This document shows, one piece after another, positions 30,684 through 41,129 of a DNA stretch of 64,000 bases. The DNA lies in contig JBBCJC010000005.1 in NCBI GenBank assembly GCA_037189525.1, forward strand, positions 96,001-160,000, in the 5' to 3' direction. Made by a program: the position numbers and the translations under genes. This stretch comes from Gemmatimonadales bacterium (GTDB lineage Bacteria > Gemmatimonadota > Gemmatimonadetes > Gemmatimonadales > GWC2-71-9). How positions within the stretch are numbered: position 1 is the first letter of the stretch; each line of letters opens with the position of its first letter. The notes beneath the pieces are model-generated. The model was given only the letters and a program-made list of their open reading frames with translations, ran no database searches and was not told where the DNA came from.

Positions 30684-31764
30684 GAAGCTGTTCCGCGAGG
30701 ACGGAGCGGTCGCGTTCGAGCTGCGCGCGCAACTCGGGCTGTGTGTCCGTTTGTTCCAGAGTCCGGTCGAGCCCGGCAATCCGATCGGCCAGCTCCACGG
30801 ACGACGGCATCGGAAGCTGCGCATTGGGACGCCGGCGCTTCAGCACGACCCAGCTGAGCAGCAGGAGTCCGAGTGCGGTCACCGCCACCGCGACGGGCAA
30901 CACCCCTGCCCCGAGCGAGGTCCGGGGAAACACCAGCACCAGGCCGGTTTCATTTCCCGCTGCCGCAAAGCGACGGAACGAACGCCCTTCGAACATCTGC
31001 GGCGGGCCCTGCACCCAGCGCCCTCCTTCGACCCGAACCGCCGCTTCCTCGATGAAGACGTCGACCGAATCGACCCCGAGCGTGGCCAGTTCCAGACGGC
31101 GCTGCTCAGCCGGCACCTCGTACTGGATCAGCAGTTCCTTCTCACCCGGCGACAACGGCGCAAAGACCAGGACGCTGTCGTCGCGAAACTCGATCGCATC
31201 GGGCGAAAGTTGCGAGAGCGCCCCGCCCCCCACCTGCGGATTGCGAACGTCCGAGGGCAGCGCCGCCGCCCAGGTCGGCGTCAGCGAATCGGTCCCGACC
31301 CGTGTCGCGACGCCGCGGTTGTCGAGCACCAGCCAGTCGACCACGGTGCGCGCCCCGATCGCGTCGGGGGCGCCCACCACGAGCGTTCGGCTCCGCGCCG
31401 AAATGACGGCCGTCGATGCGGTGTCGAAGACGAAGAGCCGAACCATCGTGTCCGGGCGCGCCGGATTGGTTGCCAACGGTGTGGAGAAGTACTCGATCCC
31501 GGCATACCGGACGCTGACCAGATAGTTGGCCGTGGTATCGGCCGGGAACCGAAAGGCAAAGCGGCCCCGCGGATCGGTGAGGACCGTATCGATCGGCCCC
31601 TGCGTGGCGCGACCGACCTGATGCAGCACCACGCGCACTCCGCCAACCGCCGTCGTATCCGTCAGCTGCGGACGAACGACCGACCCCTCGGCGCGGGTTG
31701 GCCGCTGCGCCTCGAGCGGCAGCGCGGCCAGCGCCAGGAGCGCCAGCGACCAGCGGGCCGTCAT
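30649..31764 (-). CDS. Exported hypothetical protein with carboxypeptidase-regulatory-like N-domain and C-terminal TM plus helix
   Basis: Signal peptide; TDPRGRFAF, YAGIEY; TM near the C-terminus; 4-nt overlap with the upstream gene. Confidence 0.7.
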   Translation of the reverse strand: MTARWSLALLALAALPLEAQRPTRAEGSVVRPQLTDTTAVGGVRVVLHQVGRATQGPIDTVLTDPRGRFAFRFPADTTANYLVSVRYAGIEYFSTPLATNPARPDTMVRLFVFDTASTAVISARSRTLVVGAPDAIGARTVVDWLVLDNRGVATRVGTDSLTPTWAAALPSDVRNPQVGGGALSQLSPDAIEFRDDSVLVFAPLSPGEKELLIQYEVPAEQRRLELATLGVDSVDVFIEEAAVRVEGGRWVQGPPQMFEGRSFRRFAAAGNETGLVLVFPRTSLGAGVLPVAVAVTALGLLLLSWVVLKRRRPNAQLPMPSSVELADRIAGLDRTLEQTDTQPELRAQLERDRSVLAEQLRAALATRPRRT

Positions 31765-32258
31765 GGCTGGAACCGTCCCAGATCCTCGGGGTCGAGCTTG
31801 GACAGGAACCGTTTGAGCGCTTGGGCGCCGGCAGTCGGGTCATCGGCGGCCGGCCCGGCGGGGTCCGATTGGCCGTCGTCGTGCAGCAGATCCTCGCTGA
31901 CGAAAATCGGCGCATCGAAACGGAGGGCCAGCGCAATGCTGTCCGAGGGGCGAGCATCGACCACGAACATCTGATCGCCGCGCGCCACCAGCAACTCGGC
32001 GTAGTAGGTATTGTCACGAAGCGCCGTGACGGAAACCCGGCGCAATTCGCCGCCCAGCCCCAGCAGCATCTGTTTGAGAAGATCGTGTGTCATTGGGCGG
32101 GAAGGATGGTCGCCCCGGAGCTCCGCCGCGATGGCATTGGCTTCCGAGGCGCCGATCCAGATTTGGAGACTGCGGCTGCCCCCGACCTCATGCAGCACCA
32201 CCACCGGGGTGTTGGTGCTGCGCTCGACGCCGAGATGGGCCACCGTCATCCGAACCAT
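31761..32258 (-). CDS. Bifunctional nuclease (DUF151/BFN) family protein
   Basis: IWIGASEANAI, RPMTHDLL, DARPSDSIALA. Confidence 0.92.
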   Translation of the reverse strand: MVRMTVAHLGVERSTNTPVVVLHEVGGSRSLQIWIGASEANAIAAELRGDHPSRPMTHDLLKQMLLGLGGELRRVSVTALRDNTYYAELLVARGDQMFVVDARPSDSIALALRFDAPIFVSEDLLHDDGQSDPAGPAADDPTAGAQALKRFLSKLDPEDLGRFQP

Positions 32259-32272
32259 GCCGGAAGGGTGGC

Positions 32273-33499
32273 CTACCTCTTGGCAACGGTCAAGAGATCC
32301 CGGACTTTGTTGGTCTCTTCCCAGGGGAACAGCGTGACCTGCTTGCCGCCAACTTTTGCCGATACCGATTTCCGGCCGAAGTGGCCGTACGCCGCCGTGG
32401 GCCGGTAAATCGGCCGCCGGAGCTTGAGCGCCGTCGTGATGCCGGCAGGGGTCAGATCGAAGACCTCGCTGACGATCCGCTCGAGCTTGGTATCGGGCAG
32501 CTCACCGGTGCCGAAGGTGTTGACCATGACCGACACCGGCTGCGCGACACCGATGGCGTAGGCCACCTGCACTTCGCAACGCGCGGCCAGCTTGGCTTCG
32601 ACGATGTTCTTGGCGACCCAACGCACCGCGTAGGCTGCGGACCGGTCGACCTTGGATGGGTCCTTACCGCTGAAGGCGCCGCCGCCGTGCCGGGCCATGC
32701 CGCCGTAGGTATCGACGATGATCTTCCGGCCCGTCAATCCCGCGTCGCCGTGCGGTCCGCCGATCACGAAACGGCCGGTCGGATTGATCAGGAACTTGAT
32801 CCCGCGCGACTCGAAGCCCGCCTTCTCGAGCACCGGACGAATCACTTCGCTGATCACGGTGTCGCGAATGGTGCCGTACGAGAGCTGGCGATTACCGAAT
32901 CGCTCGGCGTGCTGGGTCGAAACCACCACCGTCTTGACCGCGACCGGGCGATCGCCCTCGTACTCGACCGAGACCTGGCTCTTGCCGTCGGGACGGAGCC
33001 AGTCAACCTGATCCAGACCGTGAAGGCCCTTGCGCACCGCGGCGAGCCGCTCGGCAATCCGGTGCGAGAGGATGATCGGCAGCGGCATCCGCTCGCGGGT
33101 TTCGCGAGTGGCATAGCCGAACATCATGCCCTGGTCGCCCGCGCCCTGCTCGCGGTCTTTCTTGACGTCGACACCCATCGCAATGTCGGGCGACTGGCGA
33201 TCGATCGACGACAAGACGGCGCAGGTGCGGCTGTCGAAGCCGAACGACGCATCGGTATACCCGATCGACGCGATGGTGTCGCGAACGATGTCGGGGATAT
33301 GCACGTAGGTCTTGGTCGAAATCTCACCGGCGACGACTGCCATACCCGTCGTGACCAGCGTCTCACACGCCACCCGCGCGTTCGGATCATCGGCAATGAT
33401 CGCATCGAGAACGGCGTCAGAAATCTGATCGGCCACTTTGTCGGGATGGCCTTCGGTGACAGACTCGGAGGTGAAGACGTGGCGCGGAGCGCGAGCCAT
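32273..33499 (-). CDS. metK: S-adenosylmethionine synthetase
   Basis: [40 protein letters not shown]. Confidence 0.98.
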   Translation of the reverse strand: MARAPRHVFTSESVTEGHPDKVADQISDAVLDAIIADDPNARVACETLVTTGMAVVAGEISTKTYVHIPDIVRDTIASIGYTDASFGFDSRTCAVLSSIDRQSPDIAMGVDVKKDREQGAGDQGMMFGYATRETRERMPLPIILSHRIAERLAAVRKGLHGLDQVDWLRPDGKSQVSVEYEGDRPVAVKTVVVSTQHAERFGNRQLSYGTIRDTVISEVIRPVLEKAGFESRGIKFLINPTGRFVIGGPHGDAGLTGRKIIVDTYGGMARHGGGAFSGKDPSKVDRSAAYAVRWVAKNIVEAKLAARCEVQVAYAIGVAQPVSVMVNTFGTGELPDTKLERIVSEVFDLTPAGITTALKLRRPIYRPTAAYGHFGRKSVSAKVGGKQVTLFPWEETNKVRDLLTVAKR

Positions 33500-33586
33500 G
33501 GGCATCGATCCGGGAAGAGGTGACGGAAAAAAGGGCACGAAACTCGGGCGGAAACCTAGTCGGCTCGGGACCCTGCGGCAACCGAA

Positions 33587-35350
33587 TCAGGGCGCCAGAA
33601 GTCGTTGGTCGACATAGCCTTGCACGGCTTGCTGCAGCACCCGCGTGATGCTCGCGACATCGGGCTCGAGGAGCGCCTGACGAGCCGCCTCCCGACTGAC
33701 CGAGGCGGGAACGTTCCGAACCATCCATTTGACCAGCGGAAGGGTCGGCGGCGCCACGCTCAGAATCTGGAAGCCCATCCCGACCAGCAGGACGGCGCTC
33801 AGCGGGTCCGATGCCATTTCTCCGCAGATGCTGACCGGGATGCCCGCATCGCGGGCGGCCACGCGGATGTGCTCGAGCTGCCGGAGCACGGCCGGATCGA
33901 GCGGATTGAAACGATCTGCCAGGTGCGCACTGCCCCGATCGACGGCCAGGGTGTATTGCGTCAGATCGTTGGTGCCGATACTGAAAAATTGCGACACCGC
34001 CGCCAGCCGATCGGCCATCACGACGGCCGCCGGAGTTTCGATCATGACCCCGAGGTCGAGCGCAGCAGCCGTGCGGACCCCGTCGGCCGCAAGCCGCGCA
34101 GATTCTTCGCGGATCAGCTCGCGCGTGGCCAGCACTTCGTCGACGCGGGTAACCAGCGGCAACATGACCTTCACGTTCCGCTCCGCCGCAATCCGAAGGA
34201 GCGCCCGGAGCTGGGGCCGGAAGATCTCCGGCCGATCGAGACAGACCCGGATCGATCGCCAGCCCAGGAACGGATTCGACTCGGCGTGGGTCTCGAAGGC
34301 CGCCGGGAACTTGTCGCCCCCCAGGTCGTAGGTGCGGATCACGACCGGATGGTTGGGAAAGGCGGCGCAGACCCGGCGGAAGTACTCGAGCTGCTCCAGT
34401 TCGGTCGGCACGTGGGCCCGTCCCGCCACCAGGAGCTCGGTGCGCAGCAGGCCGACCCCCTGCGCTCCGTGCCGCACCGCCATCTCGATTTCCTCGGGCA
34501 GATCGACGTTCCCCATCAGGGTCACCTCGACGCCGTCGGGGGTCACGGCCGGCTGGCTGGCGGCCCCTTCGAGGGCCAGGCCGAGCTTGAAGCGACGATT
34601 GGCCCGGGCGCGCGCGAGTTCGAGTTCGTCGGGCGTCGGATCGATCACCACCGTTCCGGTATAGCCGTCGATCAGCACCATGGTATCGGTGCGGATCCGG
34701 TTCATCGCTCCCGACGCTCCCATGACGGCCGGGATGCCGAGCGAGTGGGCCAGGATGGCGGCGTGGGAGGTACGGGTGCCCTCTTCGCTGACCAGGCCCA
34801 GCAACTGATCTCGATCGAGCTGGACCGTCAGCCCGGGCGACAACTCACGCGCCACGATGATGACGTGCTCCTGCCTGCGTACCGCGGCCAGCTCGTCGTC
34901 GGGCCGCCCCATCAGTTGCCGGAGGGTATGGATCTGGACCGCGGTCAGGTCGGTGAGTCGTTCCCGCATCCGCTGATTGGCCATTTCGGCAAACGAGACG
35001 CGGAGTTCCAGCGCCTTGAACTCGTAGGCCGTTTCGGCGCTCAGATTGTTCTTCCGGATCAGGTGTTCGACCGCGTTGAGAAAATCGCGGTCCTGCGCCA
35101 TCATGATCTGCGCTTCGAAGATCTGGGATTCTTCAAGACCGGCGGAGTGCAACACCCGCTCACGGAGATGATCGAGATGCCGAACCACCGCTTCGACGGC
35201 GACCCGAAGCCGTTCGACTTCTCCTTCGACTTCGTCCGGGGTGACCGAACGATCCGGCACGTCCGGAAACCTGCGCTCGAGCACCGCCACCGGCCCGTAC
35301 GCAATGCCCGGCGATACCCCGACCGCGCGCAGGGTCCGTGACTCGGTCAT
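33587..35350 (-). CDS. ptsI: PTS enzyme I
   Basis: TSHAAI, GLLRTE, RTYDLGGDK, MIETPAA, FSIGTNDLTQY, CGEMA. Confidence 0.96.
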   Translation of the reverse strand: MTESRTLRAVGVSPGIAYGPVAVLERRFPDVPDRSVTPDEVEGEVERLRVAVEAVVRHLDHLRERVLHSAGLEESQIFEAQIMMAQDRDFLNAVEHLIRKNNLSAETAYEFKALELRVSFAEMANQRMRERLTDLTAVQIHTLRQLMGRPDDELAAVRRQEHVIIVARELSPGLTVQLDRDQLLGLVSEEGTRTSHAAILAHSLGIPAVMGASGAMNRIRTDTMVLIDGYTGTVVIDPTPDELELARARANRRFKLGLALEGAASQPAVTPDGVEVTLMGNVDLPEEIEMAVRHGAQGVGLLRTELLVAGRAHVPTELEQLEYFRRVCAAFPNHPVVIRTYDLGGDKFPAAFETHAESNPFLGWRSIRVCLDRPEIFRPQLRALLRIAAERNVKVMLPLVTRVDEVLATRELIREESARLAADGVRTAAALDLGVMIETPAAVVMADRLAAVSQFFSIGTNDLTQYTLAVDRGSAHLADRFNPLDPAVLRQLEHIRVAARDAGIPVSICGEMASDPLSAVLLVGMGFQILSVAPPTLPLVKWMVRNVPASVSREAARQALLEPDVASITRVLQQAVQGYVDQRLLAP

Positions 35351-35610
35351 TCGCCGAACCCTGAGGCAATCAAAGCAACCAGCGCGTCCATCGCGGCCGC
35401 TTCATCGGCGCCGTTGGTCCGGATCAGCAGCGAACTGCCCTGCTCCGCGGCAAGCATCATCACCCCCATGATGCTCTTGCCGTTGGTGGCCTGTCCGTCT
35501 TTTTCCAGTTCGATCTCACAGGCAAACCCCGCAGCCAGCTTAACCAGCTGCGCAGCCGGCCGCGCATGCAGGCCAAGCGAATTGACGATCGTCGCGGTGC
35601 GTTCGGTCAC
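35347..35610 (-). CDS. ptsH: Phosphocarrier HPr
   Basis: GLHARPAA and KSIMGVMML. Confidence 0.96.
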   Translation of the reverse strand: MTERTATIVNSLGLHARPAAQLVKLAAGFACEIELEKDGQATNGKSIMGVMMLAAEQGSSLLIRTNGADEAAAMDALVALIASGFGE

Positions 35611-36338
35611 GAAACACTCCAGTACCAGAGGAGGACGACAGCCATCGTTGCAAGGGTAATGATTCGCGCGCTGGGCACCCGAACCCGGACCAGCGCCGCC
35701 ACCGTGCCGCCGGCCGCGCCCACGCTTGCCGCCGCGATACCGGAACTCGCCGCTCCGGGCACCAGCAGCCAGCGGATCACGAACGGCACCGACAGGGCGA
35801 CGAGAAACCCCGCCGCCAGCCCCACCTGTCCGACCCGTTCGGGCAGCCGGGATCGTTTGAGCGCCGCGGCCACGTCGACCCCGGCATCGAAGCCGAGCTG
35901 TACGCCCCAGTACGTGACATAGAGTCGGAGTAGCGCATAGCCCATCACGCCCGCAATCACAGCGGCGGGCCCGACCACGATCGCGCCCAGCAGCAGGATC
36001 GCCATGACCGCCGGCACCACGCCGATCCAGAAGAGCTGGTCGCCCAGCGCACCGAGCGGACCCGCCAGCGCCGTTTTGAGCCGCTGAACGGTCGTGCCCG
36101 GCTTACCGGCCAGCTCCGCGCGAGCCGCAGCACCCACGGCGATTCCCGCCAGGTACGGATGCGCGTTGAACAGTTCGGTCGACCGCGCCACCGCGGCCGC
36201 ATGGCGCTCGGGATCGGCGCGCAGGTCGTCGAGCAGCGGCAGGCTGGCGTACCCGGTGCCGACACCCTGCATCCGCTCGTAGGTCCAGGAGCTCTGCAGA
36301 ATCAGGAGCCGCGCCACCACCCGCCCGAGCGACGTCAT
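35607..36338 (-). CDS. PTS mannose-family EIID
   Basis: QSSWTYERMQG, FNAHPY, GPLGALGDQLFW. Confidence 0.9.
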   Translation of the reverse strand: MTSLGRVVARLLILQSSWTYERMQGVGTGYASLPLLDDLRADPERHAAAVARSTELFNAHPYLAGIAVGAAARAELAGKPGTTVQRLKTALAGPLGALGDQLFWIGVVPAVMAILLLGAIVVGPAAVIAGVMGYALLRLYVTYWGVQLGFDAGVDVAAALKRSRLPERVGQVGLAAGFLVALSVPFVIRWLLVPGAASSGIAAASVGAAGGTVAALVRVRVPSARIITLATMAVVLLWYWSVS

Positions 36339-37000
36339 AAAACGGTCGCTCCGAGCACACCAACCGCCGTCCCCGCCGCGACCCAGCGCCAGCGCGGCCC
36401 CGACCTCGCACTTGCCACCGCGCCGTGCGCCACCGACCAGGCGCCGCCGGCCAGCGCCACGGTGCTGAGCGCCGTACCGAGCACGACCGGCGGCAGCCAG
36501 CCGGTGGCCGCCACCAGCGCGCCCAGACCGACCGCGATCGCGCCGACCAACGCGCTCCGCCCCACATCATAGCCGAGACAGGTCCAATGGACCCGTGTCA
36601 CCGCTGCCGCATCGCCTCCGCTCAACCGGTCACTGAAGCGCTGCACCGTCACAGCGCAGAGCCGACGAGTCAACGGCAGCGTCACTCCGGCCGCCATACC
36701 CAGTATGATCCCGGCGGCGGTCGCAATACCAAGGACGACCGGCCAGTCGCGGCCCGCGGCAATCAGCGTGGCCGCTACGGTGGCCGCGCCGAAATCGGGA
36801 TAGCGGGAGCTGCCGACCGGTACCACATCGAGTGCAAACAGTTCGAGCAAGGCGCCGACCCGAAGGCCAGCTTCGACATCACCGGCGAGGGCTCCAGCCC
36901 CGGCGCCAACGACGAGCGGCCGAGAGAGCAGCGCCTGCAGCACGCTCACCAGGTCGAGCCCGGCCAGCGTGGCCCAGAGCCACAACATGGTCAGCGTCAC
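36335..37000 (-). CDS. PTS mannose-family EIIC
   Basis: LSRPLVVG, GALLEL, PVGSSRYPD; hydrophobic. Confidence 0.85.
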   Translation of the reverse strand: MTLTMLWLWATLAGLDLVSVLQALLSRPLVVGAGAGALAGDVEAGLRVGALLELFALDVVPVGSSRYPDFGAATVAATLIAAGRDWPVVLGIATAAGIILGMAAGVTLPLTRRLCAVTVQRFSDRLSGGDAAAVTRVHWTCLGYDVGRSALVGAIAVGLGALVAATGWLPPVVLGTALSTVALAGGAWSVAHGAVASARSGPRWRWVAAGTAVGVLGATVL

Positions 37001-37473
37001 ACGCGAAGGTCTCCAACGTCGACCGGAGGCGAGGTGGGCAGATCCTGCGCCGATACGGCCACGCCCGCGGCCGCAAGCGACTGGAGGTCCGCCAGCTCGG
37101 CATCGGTCAGATAGACGAACCGGAGGTATTCGCGACGCCCCGGCCCGGCATGCACGCCGCCCACGTTGACGGCGCGAATCCCGTGGAAGGCTCGCGCCAG
37201 ATCGGCCATGGCAGCCACCGTCCCGGTCAGCACCAGCACCCGTTCGGGGCCGGCCGCCAGTACCGCCAGCCGAGCCGGCGCGTCGTCGGGACTGAGGAAC
37301 TCGACCGCGATCCCGTCGGGTGCGGCCATCCGGTAGAGATCCTGTTCGAAGTCACTCGCCGCCACCTCGGCGTCCACCAGGACGACCCGGCCGATCTCGT
37401 AGGGACGTCCCCACCCGATCACCACCTGGCCGTGGATCAGCCGGTCGTCGATCCGGGCGACGACAATGCCCAC
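36997..37473 (-). CDS. PTS mannose-family EIIB
   Basis: RIDDRLIHGQVVIGW, VNVGG. Confidence 0.92.
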   Translation of the reverse strand: MGIVVARIDDRLIHGQVVIGWGRPYEIGRVVLVDAEVAASDFEQDLYRMAAPDGIAVEFLSPDDAPARLAVLAAGPERVLVLTGTVAAMADLARAFHGIRAVNVGGVHAGPGRREYLRFVYLTDAELADLQSLAAAGVAVSAQDLPTSPPVDVGDLRV

Positions 37474-37848
37474 CTAGCGCACTCCGACGGCCCGGGAGCC
37501 GGTATCGATGATCCGGCGCACCGCGTCGTCGAGCGGCAACTCGCGCCGGAAGACGAACTCGACCAGCATTGCGAGATTGACGCCGGTGATGACCCGGACA
37601 TCGTCGCGTCCCGCGAGTTCACGGGCCGCCGCCAGCAGGCACGACCCCGCCGGCATGTCGACGAAGAGGATGCCCGGCCCCGCCGGCAGCGCCTGGGCAA
37701 CCCGCTGCTGAAGCAGGCCCTTGTCGCAGCCGTCGTTGGAAATCGGCACCAGCGCGCCGCGGACGCCGCTGACCGACTCAGCCGCCGCCACCAGTGCCGC
37801 CGCGAGTTCGCCGTGGCACACGACGACACCCCGCAGAGGCTGGCTCAT
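37474..37848 (-). CDS. PTS mannose-family EIIA
   Basis: VVCHG, FVDMPAGS, TGVNLAML. Confidence 0.9.
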   Translation of the reverse strand: MSQPLRGVVVCHGELAAALVAAAESVSGVRGALVPISNDGCDKGLLQQRVAQALPAGPGILFVDMPAGSCLLAAARELAGRDDVRVITGVNLAMLVEFVFRRELPLDDAVRRIIDTGSRAVGVR

Positions 37849-38810
37849 TCGTAGTCCTCTTGGAGATACTCCCGCAAGCCGCGCTGCTCTTTCATCCGCT
37901 TGATCAGGCGATCGTTGAATGCGGTGGCCGAATCGACGCCGGTCAGTCGCAGCAGGTGGGTCATGGCCACCACTTCCGAAATGACCGTGAGGTTCTTGCC
38001 CGGGTTGAGCGGCACCACGACCTTGGGCACCTTGACGCCGAGTACCGTGGTTTCGACCCGTGACAGGCCGGTGCGGTCGACCTCCCCGGCGTTGTTCCAG
38101 TCTTCCAAATGGACGATCACCTCGATCCGCTTCTGCTGACGCACGGCGCGGATCCCGAAGAGCGCCGGAATGTCGATCAGCCCGATCCCGCGAATCTCCA
38201 TGTGATGCGCCGCCAGATCATGCCCGCGGCCGATCAGCACCTCGGTGCCGCGCAGCGTGGCAATCACGACATCATCGGCAACCAGACGGTGACCGCGCTC
38301 GACCAGATCGAGCACGCATTCGCTCTTGCCGATGCCGCTGCGGCCCGTGAAGAGCAACCCGACACCGTAGACGTCGGCCAGCGAGCCGTGCAGCGTCGTG
38401 GTCGGCGCAAAGGCCGCCTCGATGATCGGCTTGACCGCCCGATAAAACTCGGCCGTCTTGAGGGTGGTCCTGAGGACGGCAATGCCCCGTTCCCGCGCCG
38501 CCGTGATCATCGGCTCGGGCGGACTCTGCCCCTTGGTGATGAACACCCCGGGCAGATCGAAACTGAAGAATTGGGTCAGGACGTTGCGTCGAAAGTCTTC
38601 GGGCAGCGACGAGAGATAGCTGATTTCCGTCTCACCCAGGACGTGGAGCCGTTCGGGCACGAATCGACCCGTGTATCCGGCCAGCACCAGTCCCGGGCTC
38701 GAGATGTCGGCTTCCTGGAGCGCCCGGTCCAGCCCGACCTCCCCTGTCAGCGATTCGAGCTGCAGAGGATTGCCGCGCCGGACCAGGAGCTCCCGAAGCC
38801 GTAAGGTCAC
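37845..38810 (-). CDS. hprK: HPr kinase/phosphorylase
   Basis: LHGSL, GRSGIGKSE, LVADD, HMEIRGIG. Confidence 0.96.
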   Translation of the reverse strand: MTLRLRELLVRRGNPLQLESLTGEVGLDRALQEADISSPGLVLAGYTGRFVPERLHVLGETEISYLSSLPEDFRRNVLTQFFSFDLPGVFITKGQSPPEPMITAARERGIAVLRTTLKTAEFYRAVKPIIEAAFAPTTTLHGSLADVYGVGLLFTGRSGIGKSECVLDLVERGHRLVADDVVIATLRGTEVLIGRGHDLAAHHMEIRGIGLIDIPALFGIRAVRQQKRIEVIVHLEDWNNAGEVDRTGLSRVETTVLGVKVPKVVVPLNPGKNLTVISEVVAMTHLLRLTGVDSATAFNDRLIKRMKEQRGLREYLQEDYE

Positions 38811-39121
38811 TGACGGATGCTCGCCTCCCGGCGATCCCGCCGGGCCTGAGTAGTTGATCGTTCGAGTTGCCGGCGGATCTTGTTTTCCGCCCGATCGAGC
38901 GCCGTGCGGTGATCCGGACCTACTGCGGAACCGACCAGTACCTGACCACGCCGGACATGGAGTCGCACTTCAGCCTGATGCCCCTCGGGAACTACGTCGA
39001 AGACTACCTGGCTCTCCAGTGTATGTGGCGAGAAATGCTCGAGACGGTCCATGACGGAAATGGCACGTTCACGAAGCAGATCCGTGATTTCACAGTGGCG
39101 GGCAGTGACGGTCGTCATCAT
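38807..39121 (-). CDS. hpf: Ribosome hibernation factor (HPF/RaiA)
   Basis: VTARHCEIT...ALDRAENKIRRQL; position upstream of hprK. Confidence 0.8.
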   Translation of the reverse strand: MMTTVTARHCEITDLLRERAISVMDRLEHFSPHTLESQVVFDVVPEGHQAEVRLHVRRGQVLVGSAVGPDHRTALDRAENKIRRQLERSTTQARRDRREASIRQ

Positions 39122-40248
39122 GTCGTTTCTCCTCGGGTTGCACGATCGATGATTTCCTGCAGGTGCCGTTCGGTTCGAGCCGCCGCGTCCTCCCAGGTCC
39201 AGCGCGCTGCATGCTGCCGAGCCGCAGCGCCCAGGCGGGCCACCGTGGCAGGCTCAGACACCATTGCCAGCATTTGCCGGGCCAGGGCGACGGGGTCGCC
39301 GTGTGGCACCAGAAGGCCAGTCTCGCCTGCCCGCACGGAATCCCGCAGGCCGGGACTGTCCGACGCAATGGAAGGGGTTCCACATGCCGCCGCCTCCATT
39401 ACGGTGATGCCCCATCCCTCCTTGGGTGAAGGAAATAGATTTGCCCAGGTCGTGCGCAGGAGCCTGAGCTTGACGGCCTCGTCGACGAACCCGTGAAATC
39501 GAACCGATTTCCCGAGGCCGAGCGAGGCAACCAGCGCCTCCAGACGGGGGCGGTCGTCGCCGGCGCCGGCAATGTCCAGCCGGACCTCCGGGCGATCACG
39601 ATGTACCAGGGCCAGGGCCCGAATGGCCAGGTCCACGCCCTTATACCGCTTCAAACGCCCTACGTATAAGAAGGAGGGAGGATCGGAACGGTCAAGGGCC
39701 GGGTCCGGGCTGAACCGGTCCGGATCGATTCCCGGATGGATGACCGTAATTCGGTCCCTGGGAACACCCCGGGCCACCAGGTCATCCCGGGTGCTCTCGC
39801 TGATGACATGAAACCACGACCGCCGGTAGGCCAGCGGCATCAACCGCTCGGCGAGCACGACAGCGGTGGCCATGGGCCACGACGCCTCGTGGTACGCAGT
39901 GGTTCCGAAGAGGTGCGGGACGATGACGCAGGACGGGATATCGACGCCAGCTGCGCAGTAGAGCGGCAGCTTGTTGACGTCTTCGACCAGGATATCGTAG
40001 GAGCCGGTGCGAAGCGCCCGGCGGACCGCCGCGCGGCCGCGTAGCGCAAAGCTGTGCCGGCCGCCGTGCCGCTCGATCGTAATGCCGTCGCGAACGGCCG
40101 TCGGCGCGCCGCCGGGCCAGCCGGCGCAGACCAGATGGACCTGGTGCCCTCGGGCGGCCAGACGGCTGAAGAGTTCGAACAGGTGGATTTCGGCTCCACC
40201 CGCGTAGGGATTGTCGAGGTCCTGCCAGTTGAACAGCAGGATCCTCAC
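39118..40248 (-). CDS. Glycosyltransferase family 4
   Basis: GGAE, YVGRLKRYKG, EGWGITVMEA. Confidence 0.92.
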   Translation of the reverse strand: MRILLFNWQDLDNPYAGGAEIHLFELFSRLAARGHQVHLVCAGWPGGAPTAVRDGITIERHGGRHSFALRGRAAVRRALRTGSYDILVEDVNKLPLYCAAGVDIPSCVIVPHLFGTTAYHEASWPMATAVVLAERLMPLAYRRSWFHVISESTRDDLVARGVPRDRITVIHPGIDPDRFSPDPALDRSDPPSFLYVGRLKRYKGVDLAIRALALVHRDRPEVRLDIAGAGDDRPRLEALVASLGLGKSVRFHGFVDEAVKLRLLRTTWANLFPSPKEGWGITVMEAAACGTPSIASDSPGLRDSVRAGETGLLVPHGDPVALARQMLAMVSEPATVARLGAAARQHAARWTWEDAAARTERHLQEIIDRATRGETT

Positions 40249-40658
40249 AAGAGGCCGAGGCTCCTGGCTACCCGGTCGAGCACTCCGTTGACGAACGGCG
40301 GCGACTGGGGCGTCCCGAACCGATGCGCCACCCAGAGCGCCTCGTCGATGGCCACTCGCGGCGGCACCTGCCCGCTGCGCAGTTCATGCGCACCGATCCG
40401 GAGGATGTTGCGGTCGATCGCGGCCAGGCGTTCGATCCGCCAGTTGTCGGTGGCCTGCTGCAGCACGGCATCCAGCTCGCCGCGCGCATCCCAGACCTCC
40501 TGCGCCAGCCGCTCGGCCAGATCCAGTACCGTCGGCTCCGGCCCCGTCAGGCGCGCCAGGCCGGGCACGACACTCGCGAGCGGACGGTCGAGCGTTTCCG
40601 CCGCATAGAGCAACTGCAGGGCGCGGGCGCGGCCCCGGGTTTCGGTACGGAGCCTCAT
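40245..40658 (-). CDS. nusB: Transcription antitermination factor NusB
   Basis: RARALQLLY, IDRNILRIG, VAIDEA, FVNGVLD. Confidence 0.94.
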   Translation of the reverse strand: MRLRTETRGRARALQLLYAAETLDRPLASVVPGLARLTGPEPTVLDLAERLAQEVWDARGELDAVLQQATDNWRIERLAAIDRNILRIGAHELRSGQVPPRVAIDEALWVAHRFGTPQSPPFVNGVLDRVARSLGLL

Positions 40659-41122
40659 GACGCCCTCACCTGGCGGATCACATCAGCCGCCCGAATCGCG
40701 GCCTCGGCCGCTTCATATCCCTTGTTGCCGGCCGAACCGCCGGCGCGCTCGAGCGCCTGCGCCATGGTATCGACCGTGAGCAGGCCGAACCCGACCGGCA
40801 GGGCGCGGGTCGTGGACACCGCACCGAGCGCGCGCGAGGTCTCGCCGGCGACGAACTCGAAGTGCGGCGTCTCACCCCGAATCACCACTCCGATGGCGAC
40901 CAGTGCGGTATACCGATTCTGCTCGGCAAGCGCCGCCGTCACACTGCCCAGCTCGAAGGCGCCGCTCACCCAGACCACGTCGATGGCCGACTCGGCCACG
41001 CCGGCGTCGCGGCAACAGGCCAACGCCCCGTCGAGCAGCTTGGTCGTCACCCGCTCATGATAGCTGCTGACGACGATACCGATCCGGCCCGCGGCGCGGA
41101 GCTGACTGCGTAACTCGTTCAT
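40655..41122 (-). CDS. ribH: 6,7-dimethyl-8-ribityllumazine synthase
   Basis: VSGAFE, IRGETPHFEFV, GNKG. Confidence 0.95.
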   Translation of the reverse strand: MNELRSQLRAAGRIGIVVSSYHERVTTKLLDGALACCRDAGVAESAIDVVWVSGAFELGSVTAALAEQNRYTALVAIGVVIRGETPHFEFVAGETSRALGAVSTTRALPVGFGLLTVDTMAQALERAGGSAGNKGYEAAEAAIRAADVIRQVRAS

Positions 41123-41129
41123 CGCTGCC

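Noticed and set aside
33500..33586. SAM or SAH riboswitch upstream of metK
   Set aside because: No recognisable SAM-I/II/III or SAH core; would need an Rfam scan
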